A stretch of 64,000 bases of DNA from Fimbriosthenelais zetlandica (lineage: Eukaryota), in assembly GCA_977030845.1 (NCBI GenBank), contig OZ365115.1, positions 30,628,001 through 30,692,000 on the forward strand. The letters are read 5' to 3'. Made by a program: the position numbers and the translations under genes. This document shows, in pieces, positions 1 through 12,300 of this stretch (positions within the stretch are counted from its first letter, which is position 1; each line of letters starts with the position of its first letter). The notes under the pieces were generated by a model that saw only the letters and a list, made by a program, of their open reading frames with translations, did not search any database and was not told the origin of the DNA.

Positions 1-205
1 GATCGACTTGTACATTTCGTATCATTCGGAATAACATCGCATTCCTACTTCTATATATATCCCCAAATGTTGATGAGTGGTGTTGACAAGCCGGTCAGTA
101 GTATAAGAGGTTGCATGTATAACACTGGTAGGGCTTTTTATGGGGTAACTCATTTATGGGTACCGTACCCGATTAGGTGTGTCTATAGAGGGAGGTGGGA
201 CTTAC

Positions 206-319
206 GTTGGCTTCTGTAGCGTGGTGTCAGGACTGGAGTCTGGGGTGGGTGGGGGACTACACGTCTTGTAGGAGGAAGAATAAGTCATGCTGGCCGTGGA
301 CTGGGTCTCGCCTCCAAGC
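206..319 (-). CDS. RAP1GAP: RAP1GAP exon, C-terminal Ser/Pro-rich region ([37 protein letters not shown])
   Basis: Acceptor ttattag| at 321-320, donor |GTAAGT at 205-204. 114 nt, phase 2 to 2. Only the frame continuing the 617-702 exon is open. Confidence 0.85.
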
Positions 320-3300
320 CTAATAAAATATTTCATTAAAATCAATCATAAAACAAAAGAAAAATCTACTGAGAAGAGATGGGTACCAAAACATGGTGAA
401 GAGTTCAATGAAAATACAAAATATGGGTTGAGTTCAATGGACAAAAGTGAACGTGTAAAGTTTATAAAGGTACGTGTCCTACAATATCTTCATAATGTTC
501 TAGGGCTATCTATGAGAGATAGGGGAATGATTAGGTTGAAGTTGCAGACGAGGTTGGGTAAAAGGGAAATTGAGAAAGTTAATAATAATGAAATAATAAT
601 GATTTGAACTACTTACCCTCCATCGGTTCGGTCGAACGTATCTCTTTTTTCTATATGTCCCGAGGAATGGTTTTTCCTCATTTTTGGTTTTGCTGGCCTT
701 GGCTGTCAGAAAAAAAACAAAGAAAACTTAAACACTTGTTTTGAGTCAAATTTAAAATGAATGCCAATTGTTTGTAAGTGGGTAAATTTATGACAATGTA
801 AGCTTTCTAAGTACTACATTGTGACTAATCACAGAAAGGATGATTGCATTCATCATAATGATAGTTGAATTCTTCATGCATGAAATTTAAATACATAAAA
901 ATCTTAAAAATAAGTATCATGCATGTCCAAAGTAATCTACATTACTATAATATCAGAACATAGGAGAACATGACCGGCATATAAAATATAAGTTGATAAT
1001 ATTGATAAACACATGCTGTTGATTAATTTTAAGGTGGGTGACAAGAAGGGAGCCTCGGGGCGTTAGCAGTGTTACTTGGTACAATTTCCTTAATGGCATC
1101 TTGTTCTATTATCTTTTTACCCATCTCCAATTGCTACTACTCATTTTCTAAACTTCAGAGGTGTCATTTAACCCAGATTTAACATAAAGTGGATTCCGTC
1201 TCGTATAAATTTGTATTGCTTTGTAATCGGGACTCCGATTTAGAAGGGTTCCAAAAACTGACTCATATAAAAATATGAATAACACATGGAATGATATTTC
1301 TAAGAATCATTCTCTTTTTTGTATCGTTTTGTACAAAAAGCAGTGTCCATTGCAAAAAATAATGTTTCATATGATGAAAAGACCAAATGGTTCAGAGCAG
1401 AAAAAGTGCATTCCATTGAAACGTGCATGAAATATAAGATTGCAAACGCTGCTGATTAAAATCTAGCCAAAAACGGAATCAAATCATGGTGAAATATAAA
1501 GTGTCATATTGAATGAGAAACTAATGAATAGAGCATCAATCAAGGATGCTATCAACTTAATAATCAGCTGGTGCGAGCTAGCAGCTATGATGGATGAAAA
1601 GAGGCTGATTGCAGCAGGCCTAGGATTAGCTAGCTTTGCCACGTGACTGATGCACCACATATAAATGTGTGTCACACTGGCCTAGTTACATACCAAGATG
1701 GGAGTAGTTGTGAGGTTCCCTTTTTCCCCAACTGATGTCAGTAGTGGGGAGGGGTTAAGAGGACTGCGTCTGAGGGCAGCAGAGGCCAGACTACTATCCA
1801 ATGAGGGACTGCGTACCTTTCCACTGATGGCTCTCCGAAAAGTGTCAAACAAACCGCTGCTCTCGGACTTGGTCTCGAGGAGCGAGAGCTGGCCGTAGAT
1901 GGCCACGTTGTTCTGGTGGAGGTCCTGATACAGAGTCTCCAATAGTTCCATCCGTGTCCGTTCCTGGGGAAAAACGATCATAAATGAAATATCAGCACAT
2001 TTAAAGATTTTAAAGGTACAATAAATGATGCACTACAACAAGATGATCTAGTAAGCTATTCACAATCCATAGATGACCAAAGTGACAGAAATCTGGATTA
2101 GGGTCATTTGGTCGAGTCTCTAACTAAAGTCAAGGTCAAAAGCTCCACTCACCTCAAGTTTAGCAAAGCGGTCAGCCTTATAACACGCATGTTCAGCATT
2201 GATGAGTTTGGTGAGAAGGAACTCCCGGAACTCTTCACCGCGTCTGAAGATTGCTGGGTTGGGTAACGTTGGGCCAAAGAAAGGGACATCATCTCTTGCT
2301 GTCACAGACACCTACAAGACCAAATCAATTTCATCAGAACATTGAACAATTGCTTTCAGTTTCACATGAAAAGGTTTTAGACCGGATATAAGTTCACGGG
2401 AAGTAAGGGAGACTTACTCTGTACATGGTGTCTGGTGATTCTGGGTCCACTGGTTGTACCACAATGTAAGTATGCAGGAAATGTGAGGCGATAGTATCCG
2501 GCACAAATGGCGTGTTACCTTCTTGGAAGATAATCGCCACAATGTCGTTTCCAATGTGTCGTTTACGTTGTAACTGAAAGAGATGAGAAAAACTCAAAAT
2601 ATAGCATTCTCCTGACAAGTCCTGTATCAGTGAACCAAAACTGTGGAAACTCTAAAATAGAATCTCAAGAATCTTAAGAAGGAAGTCATGAAATGTTATA
2701 AACTTTCTCCAATTACCTGTTGAGGGTCTTGTTCTGTGAATGGGAGTAATGTAGATACGTGGAACATGATCTCTCCATCCCTGAACGTCGTGTACAAAGA
2801 TTCAGCTCCAGTATGACAATGCTGAGTATCTAAACCACCGCGGAATCTACAAGTATCATCCATAAAACATGGTCAATATTCATAGTAAAGTTAAAGTGAA
2901 AAGATAGAAAAGATGAATGTGAAGACCATTGGATATTGTTGGGACTTGTAGAAGTAATCAAGTTCACGGGATGTCGTTAATGCATTTGTTCACGGAAAAA
3001 GATGATAATGGAAGGAAAAGGATGGAGATGTAAAAGACAGGTGTGAGAAGAGATCACCAGGAGGAACCTCTGATGATTCTTACCTTAGATCATAGATCAA
3101 AGGTAGTATTAAGGTCTGTCTAGAACGAGTGTGAGGCCATTAGACGGCACCTGGTACTTACCCTTTGAAGTCTTTAAGCTTGACACGTTCTCCCAGGAGA
3201 TTGAGGAAATTATCCATGGCAGGACTGTGACTCCTATTACTAAATAATTCCTCCTCGCATGTCTGAAAAAAGACAGTGACTTGTTAGAGCAGAAATAAAA

Positions 3301-6300
3301 GTTTTTTATGGATACATTCAACTACATGTAGTTAGACGATTCTAGTGTGGTACCAGGATTAGTTTAATTATTCTTATGTTTATCTCTACAGATAATCATG
3401 CGGTATTGTCGATTCATCTTACCTGTCCAACCTTCTGGTAGATTATACCAAATTTAAATGTGTTTGCCAAGACGTGTTCATCATAATGGAGAATGAGTTC
3501 AGAGCCTTTAGGAAAGAGAACTGGATGAAACCGGTCTGTGGTTAAGTCCTCGCAGACAAGCTGAAAAAGATAACATGATGAATGATCAGATATTTCCAGG
3601 AATTTTAGAACCAGAATGAATCTATCTGAACAAGCCTTCATTAGGAGTTTATTGAAGGACCTGAAGGTTCAGTACAGTACTGACACTTGGAAAGAGTTTT
3701 GCCCTTTAGGCTCAGATTTTTGTTCAGTTAAAAGTAAGACAAACCAGAGTGAGTGACACTAACCTTGGCTAATTTGGCAGGACTCTGAGTGTCACTGATG
3801 GTACTCGTTCTGATGATCTCGTGTGTTGTACCGGATCGCTTTCGGAGGATGATCCGCATGTGTTCCTGGGATGAGATGACCTCTGACTTCATGGACATCA
3901 CTACTGGTCCGATCACTTCATCCAGAGCATAGAAGTTGAAGTGTTCCTGAGAGAAATATAAGAAATCCCATCATTTATCTTGTCTGAAGACTTTCAGTGG
4001 CATTTAACAATGGAGGGCTTCGATTCCATCTATTGGGGGTGAAGGGCCTTTCCACATGTTCAGTTTCAGGCTGTGGGGCTGGTCCCAGGCCAATTTGCCC
4101 ATCCTAGCTTTCAATTCTGGTAGCATCACATTATTCTGAGTATGCATTTTTGTTACCAAAGCATAATAGAAAGGGGTTGAGGGGTTATGAAAATGGTGAA
4201 AGGGGTTAATTTACCTTGCCACTGAAGTGTCTCCTGTAACATTTGGCTGTGTCATCTACCTCTAGTTTATACTTGGCGGTAGAAGATGTGAGACTGGCGG
4301 GAGGTGAAGTGTCCATGGCTTCCCTCTCCACTGTAAAGCCATCCATCCAATAACCACCTGAAGGTGGCAGCACCACTAAAGGATATGGCCCAGGCTTACT
4401 CAACATCTAGAAAAGAATATAGTAACTTATTACTCAGGTAAATGCTTTTAGGAGATTGCTAAAAGAGTGTACTTGAGATAGATGTATACTTCACAGCTAT
4501 GGGTAGAGTGTCAGAGATAGAGAGAGAGAGGAGAGGGAGGAGGGAGGGAGGGAGGGAGAGACAGGCAGGGGAAAGGCGTAAAAGGGAGAAGAAAGTTTTG
4601 AATTAAACTTCAATCAGATGTGTGCATATTGAATCAAAGACAAAGGTTAGCTATGCAATTCTAATTAAGACATGGGTCTTATACATACCTCTTTCAGGAG
4701 CATCTGTCCTTTGTGGGCATTCTTATTGGAGACCTCCTTGGGGCTTTTCGTTGGGCCACAATTGCTCTAGAAAAACAGAAAGGCAATCAGGAGGTCAGAT
4801 TAGAGCCAAAGTGGATTCATGAAGAATTAATCTTGCCCAACCAGCTTAACGGGAAAAGACTTTTCCTGGCTTAGTAGAAATTAATTGGAAAATTAATCGA
4901 AACCACGTCCCTGTCATTTTTATCCATCAAAACCAAATTATTTGTCCTCAAAATTGCAAGTAAAATAATTATGACAAATTATCAAAGTCTTTATATTAGC
5001 AATTACATAATTAGATGTCCAATCCATTGAAAATTAGAGAAGTGTCCATCGATTATTTGGTAAAAATGCTAGATTCAAAATTGTATTTAAATCAGCTACA
5101 AAAGCGTGATGCACCCAGTAGTACTTTTCGCAACACGCAAAAACAGTACACAACTTTGAAAGGGAAATTAAATCATAAAAAGTGAAAAAGGAAACTTAAA
5201 CAAGAACTGGAAAGTAAAACAAATATCATCTGACAAATACAAAGCAGACATCTGAAAATACAACGCACAGGATGTAATACTATTTTGTGTATAGAAACTG
5301 AACGTGGGACATTATATTTTGATAAATTTTAAGTTTTTTTTCCTTTCAAAAGAAGCACTTTTTCATCTCAAACACCTGCTATAGGCATCTTCCATTGAGA
5401 ATAGAGAATTATTACAATGTGTCTTCATGTAACGAGGTACTGAATGGGTATAGTGGGCGGTACTAGAATACAAATGCTTCCGAAACATCACTGGGGGAAA
5501 ACATACATTACATCCAACTATTCAAACTAAAATTGGCCATTCTACCTAGACGTGATTTAAATTCTTTCACAACACCTGGCAGGGGACTCTAAACTCCAAA
5601 GGGAAATATATAATTTATAAGGATGAACTGTAAAAGTGGAACACTGAATAGATAACTGTTTACTTCCCTTAAAATAGCACTGAATACGTAAGGGAATGAC
5701 TGGTAACTCCTAAATGAATAAACTATAGACATGGATAGGGGTAAATTGAACACGTGTTGATGTACGTATAGGGAGGATGTATGGCTGGTGGCCTAGGGCT
5801 ATAACAAGCAATGCAGGCAGCAGTTCAAACGGCGCAACATCTCATCCTGATCTAATACACTCTCACAATGGTGGAGAACTCTTCATTAACGGAGGTAGCC
5901 ATATTTTCTTAGCAACCACATATAAAACTTGCCTTCATGCCTATGCATTTTGTGCTTTCCAATTATTGCCTTGTAATTAGATTCTTCCATGTATGACATT
6001 CATAAATCTTAAAGAATCTTCAAAAGAATCAATATTTTAACGACAAAAGCAAGACCTAATAAAAGCTAGATTAATGGAGTAGATCTATCCAAATTTTACC
6101 CCCGTTATTTGATAGTTCTGACTAGAGAGAGCATATTCTGAGCATAATTCAACTATTTTCTCTAACAATTCGTCTATTGAAGCACCAAACGTGGGAAGGG
6201 CAATCCACTCTTTTCTGAGCATTGACATAATATACATTATGAAGATGAACCTTTTAAGATGAAAAATGTCATGAAAATTCGTAGGCCAAAAGCATGAAAG

Positions 6301-9300
6301 ATTTAAATTAAATAAATTTAATTTAATCCATTTCACTTGTCTTTAATAGTTAAACAAATAGGGATGAACACATGGAGGACACATATGTCAATGCCCAGGA
6401 GGAATGATTAAGACGAGGGGAATAACTATTAATATCATCATTAATATAAATCTATTATCTTCCCCGGCTGTATCACCTGGAGTGAGGAACTGGTGGTGGC
6501 AGTAACAGAGGTGCCCACCTGGCCACCAGCACCACCTGGTGGGCTGGAGGTGGTGCCAGCAGTGGTGGTGGTGGCGGGCTTAGAGGAAGAAGAGGAGGAA
6601 GAGGAGCTAGTGATCTGGGGAAGAGCAGGAAGGTAACACCGCTGGTCCTCCAAGCGTCGGCTCTGGAAGCAGACCAGCGCCTCCATGAAATCTGGGCTCT
6701 GGAACCAGGGCAACGGTGACAATTATTAATATGGATATTGCAGCTTCCAGGGGACATTAATGATACGGTGGCCCAGAAGTCTTAAATAATAAAAAGGGAC
6801 CTGTGGGAGGTTTAAACATTTTACACTACAGCTTTATTATTGATGCTCTGAAACCAGAGGAGACAACTCATTATAAAATAGATATTTCATGGTCCTTTTG
6901 AACTAAAATAACGGCTGGAGATCTGGGCCATCGTATACAAAGAGAAGGCAAACCAGGTGGAACTAATTATTGTTATCCGATTTCTCAATTCACGATTTGA
7001 CCCTAAACTCAATTAAATAAATGGTCTCGTCAGTTAATCACTCAACATCAATGCAACAAACCTAATCTGATGTACATGTTATTACGATTCGAACTCCTGA
7101 ATGCCAATTTCCTTTTCAAAATCGCTCTTAAGAATAGAGTGTGAATTACTAAGCCTCACAATAGCCCTTTTAAAGTAAAGGCGGTCTTTAACTATTGGCA
7201 ACAAACCTCTTACATTAATAATTACTTGGGCTACTTTAATAAAGGAAACTAATGCCCAAATATCAGCTTCGTATAGTGTATTACGTTAGGCCTATATAAA
7301 CCCTAACAACGACATATTATACTTTAAACTGATATAGGAATAATAATACATCAATGCTTAAAAATCCCATCTTAAATGTGAGTACTAAGAATATATGCTG
7401 CATCAGTATGGGAGTTAACGTCTCAATATGAACTGTATGGGAAGAATTAGGAAGTACTAGAGGTTGATAATAGTATTACCCATTAAGGATCATAGGGAAT
7501 TACATGTGAGTATTTATAGTGATCAATGGTACTAATGTCAGGCTAGGCATATTAGGCACATGTATATATAAACCACATAATTAATGACAAACAATCCTGA
7601 GTGTGAAGCGTGGGAGGGAGCTGAGATATGAGGAGCTAAACAAACCCATAATGAACCTATCGATCTGTATTATATATACATAAGTAATCCAGTAATGCTC
7701 TGCTTCATTTACTATTGGCGCAGATAATGTATCTATGTATGAAAACCTACTGTTGTCATGGGGAATTCTTATGAGTAGATATTTTTTAGGTTCCTGGTAA
7801 ATTAATTGTCAGAATTTGCACAAAACAATGCTATTCCCATGCAACAGGAATAAAGTTTACACTGTTTTCCATACATGATCTATCCGATAGATACTCATTA
7901 ATCTTTGACAGTTCATGTAGGGATTCAGAGGAAGTATGCTGATAAGAAAGTATCTGAGTATCCATCCTATCTCTCCTCTCACCAAGATTTCCAGGTATAT
8001 ATCATCCAGGCAAGTGTTTTCCTGACCTGGACTGAACAAACACCTATAGGGCCTACCTGACATCAATACAATGTATAAAGACATGTGATTGTCTGACATA
8101 TATGATTATCATATAATGATAAACTGCCAACAATATACCCATCAGAATGAATATATATATATTAAACAGAATAAATCATGTATTTTTTTAAAATTACCTT
8201 TGGAGGAAAGTCACTGGAAGTGCTTTTCACTTTCCACGTATACCTGCGGAGGATTTTCCTGGTGTATGGCTTATAATCCGTCATGGTTGGAGAACTTAAC
8301 AAATGTGGTACATGATAGTCAGTCCGTGCCATTCTACATGCACGGCGGTATTCTGGTAGAAAGCATGGAACCTAATGATGCATGTCTCCTCCCCACCTTC
8401 TGCCTCCCACCCTACAGGGCTTGGTTACCTGCCGTGCTTCCGGTCGTATCTAAGTGTTATATCAGTCACAGGTGTGTTTCAAACGTAATTATACACCCAT
8501 TAAAAACTGGTAGACAGGTGTTTTTGGAGATGAAAATAGTTATCTGTCTTCCTCAAAAGCACTGATTGATTCTCCTTTTTGATGGAGAACTGGATGTGCA
8601 TCATCTGAAGTTATTACCACCTTCAAAGTTTTATGAAGCATGTAATCAAGGCCTCACGAGTCAGTCTTATCTGGAATGCTCTATGAAGTCGTGCATTCTC
8701 TAACATTAATGGCCTACCTTTACAATGGGCTTTATGGTTAAATCTAAAGATGAAACAAGCTATTGAGCCTTACGAATCAGTGCCTCAATGCATGGATAAG
8801 TCCAAATGCAAGGATACCAGCTAGTACAGTATAGGGTATTTAAATTGCACTGTAGAGTGTGAATTTGCTCCAGTGTGTAAAACTATTCTTCGGGGATTTG
8901 CATTACACTGGTGAGTAGCCGCTGGAGTGTATAATTCAACTTGTCCCTTGTTATTGCTGATTTAAATGAATTCCAAAGTAAATGTCAGCCACAGGCTTCT
9001 ATATCAATCCCTCTGGTATTGTAAGTTAATACTGGAATGATATCAGACGAGGGAAATAAACTTGGTCCAAGGCACTGAAATTAAAGCTGAATCCTCGGGC
9101 CAATATAACTCCAATATAGGGCAAATACCAGGAGTATCATGTACATATGTCAAGGTAAAAACCCCTTATCAATCCTGACTCACTGTTTTATTGTATATAT
9201 GTCAATAAATCCAAACAATAACTCCATGGAGATCCAGCTTTAATAGATCTCAGCGGACCATTAAATGCACTGACTGTCCCTGGTACAAGTCGTATAACAT

Positions 9301-12300
9301 TGTATTTACACAGGAAGAGCTCCTGCACTTTTTTCCTTTTGTTTGACTGTCAATTGAAATCCCTCAGTCTCTCTTTTTGTGGTTGCATTGAGCTATTTAT
9401 AATCCTTGGAAGGTACACGCGTGAGGTGGTGTAGGTGGGATCTTCCTGCTGTCAATTATGATACTACAGACTGTCTCTATAGGCCAGTCTACCTGTCTAC
9501 ATGAGACCTCTGTTGTAATGGCACGAGAAGCGTGTGTGTTATATGCTTCGTTACCTATATGGGAGATTAGGGGGAAAGGTGGGAGTTAAATGGGTGGGGG
9601 ATTCAACTGCTGGAGGTAGGGTGTGCCTCTACATATATGTAATAGGTAGAAACGCGACTGGACATTTAGTCCTTGTTTGCCTATTCCCCCAGCTTATAGA
9701 TTAAAGATCTTATAAACTTGGTGGTTGGTACCAGCAATAGATCCGATTAATCCTCTAATCTTAATGGTTAATGCTTCAGGTCAATTTGACCGTGATCATC
9801 TACATGCAGATGGTCAGTTCTCAATCCAAAGGTAACAGCAAATCATTTAAATGAATTATTAAATATTTGAATGTTTAATTTTGTGTTTGCTCTCCCCCGT
9901 ACGTTGGTTCCGTGCAGGCGTGACCCAGCATTAATCTACTCGTGATTTTAAGTGAATGTGTGGGTGAAAGAATGTCTATGTGTGTATATACCTGAGACTG
10001 GGTTGTATGTTAACTCCACATACATTAGCCTTACACACTCTATCCTCTAAGGTACAATGCATTTGGTCAGTGTATTTTAGGGTTCAGGTCCATTCTCTCA
10101 AGGGTCAGTCAATATTGATTAATATCCTCTGGGACATATGTTCTACGTTTGTTCGATAGATAGCACTTCGATAGGCATTAGGGGTTATGTAATCTCTAGA
10201 TTAAAGCAGCAAAGCCTGGTCCTTCTGATAGTTTGGATTATTTACAGAATATACTGTAGTACTATATACATGAGCTTGGAAATGAATATTTTTATTTTTG
10301 TTGAGGGGCTGAGAAAGGACGCGTGGGTCAGGGGTAAGAGGGATGTACGGGGATGTTGAGTTGAGATAAGATAGTGGGTCGAGTTTGTGGAGTGTTGATG
10401 TGGTGGTACACACAACATAGATATCAGTGAAATGCACGAGGTAATTATTTCTAAAGCTAGGTGATTCTCGCATACAGACCCCATGCAGATACCCCCTATA
10501 TAGCTTTATCATTATTCTCAACTCCTGCTTAAGACACAAGGGGCACCCTGGACAGAGAATCAAAGGGATTCAAGTGTTCTTCAGTATACATGTACATGTA
10601 TGTTCTGATAAATCGACCTATTGATAAAAAAAACTAAATTTTGAAGAGAAATTTCTCATAAAATTATGAAATTAATTATTTTTGGGTCGGTCACGAGTCA
10701 GTGCCTATAAGGCAGATGGAATAAAATGTGGGCTAAGGTATATATCCAGGGTGACGTAAAGTTGACGGTTCCAAATTGTGTCAGAAATCTCCTGAGGCTT
10801 TTGCTTTGTGTATCCACAAAACAAAAGAAAAAGCTCATGACCTCAGTATACGTAACCTTTTGTCTTCCCTCAGAGCTTTCTTCAAATCCAACTGTCTTTG
10901 TTACTTTAGTTTTTCGTCCTCAAAGGCTCAATTTCTTACACCGTGTTAAGATTTTGGATGTTAGAAGTTCTTTGAAAAGTCCTAACTCCTTAAATAGCCA
11001 TTGGAAACCATTAAATATTAAACGTTTTACATTTCTCAAGAAAATTCAAAGGATTTCTTGGTAAATCCAGAAGGAAGAAGTTCAGCAAGAAGCCAGCTTG
11101 AAAGCAACGGCCTGAGGCATCGATCTTCTCTTGTAAGACCTCTAATGGCGTCCTTATTATCTTCCACGGGAGGAATTCTCCTTAAATATTATCCAAACAT
11201 GATGACAACTCCCGGCATTGCTGGATTATTATGAATGGTTTGGCTATATTTCCCAAACCATCGATGCTTAATATACTTCCTTTTAATAACACACTCCCTG
11301 ACTCAGATTTCAGATATAAACTTGCCCTTCACCCGCATGCATATATGCTGAGTGTGCTCTGTCGACCAATCAAAATCAAAATTAAACATTTTAAACTGAT
11401 GGAGATAAAATAGATAACGGTTATAGTATACATTATCTCTCAGTATTATCACTGGTAACAGGTGCTGGGGGCGTCGTACAGGTTGAATTATATATAATGC
11501 CATGTCTGCATATCTACTGGTACATCCGTTAAAAGGGAAAATAATTAACTTAGTCAGACGAATGTCTGAGAGAGAATACCATACACCGTGAAATGTATGT
11601 TTGTATTGAGAATAAAGCTACATGTAGTCGTATGCTTAAGTATGCATGGCCATAGTGTATAGATTCATGTTAATAGCTCTGTACATTTTCAGAATCTTGT
11701 CCCTGCTACTGTATATATACTAGATCCTATTTTAAAAACAACCTTTCCATCCATTTAGATTAGGTCCTTGGTCGTTATCAGTTCTGACATTGATGTTATA
11801 TTTTTCTTATAGCGCTATCAGTGGTCAAGCTTTGATCTAATATCTCAGCCCATCTCCTTACCACATGTTATCTTGCCAACTCCTCGATTGCTCATCACTC
11901 TGGGTCGACCAGGTGATTCTGCACCAATCTTGGCATGGCCATAGATACTCTCTATCTCGTTTTTTTCTGGGTTCAGTTCACTTTCCTGTTATCCCATAAA
12001 AACAAGCAGTAAATGGCTTATCACACCAGGGTTCGTGCGGGTCCAGAGATAGCACAGGTATACGAGTATATCGTTCATATCATACTTTATGGGAGGAGTT
12101 TATTCTTGGACATGTATCGTAATTTAACAGCTAAATCTGAGATATTTACACTCACATTACCTGGAATCCTGTCCGTTTCAATTATATCAAATCCATGCTA
12201 GAATTATACATTGTATTAAACAGGATACACTCTTAAAATTACTCGTAAATACACTGATAAAATCCATGCAAATTTAGACCATAGAGACCAATGTAAAACT

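Noticed and set aside
1698-1898. + strand ORF, and the alternative-frame ORF at 6473-6757
   Set aside because: Shadows of real GC-rich RAP1GAP exons.
6085-6250. [19 protein letters not shown] as a post-YADD LINE RT segment
   Set aside because: The catalytic DD is absent and the similarity is only a hydrophobic pattern.
8089-8565. Longest + strand ORF (158 aa)
   Set aside because: No recognisable domain, composition typical of AT-rich intron, no supporting splice or promoter signals.
10735-11060. Tc1/mariner-like left end (TATATCCAGGGTG)
   Set aside because: No matching inverted copy found nearby.
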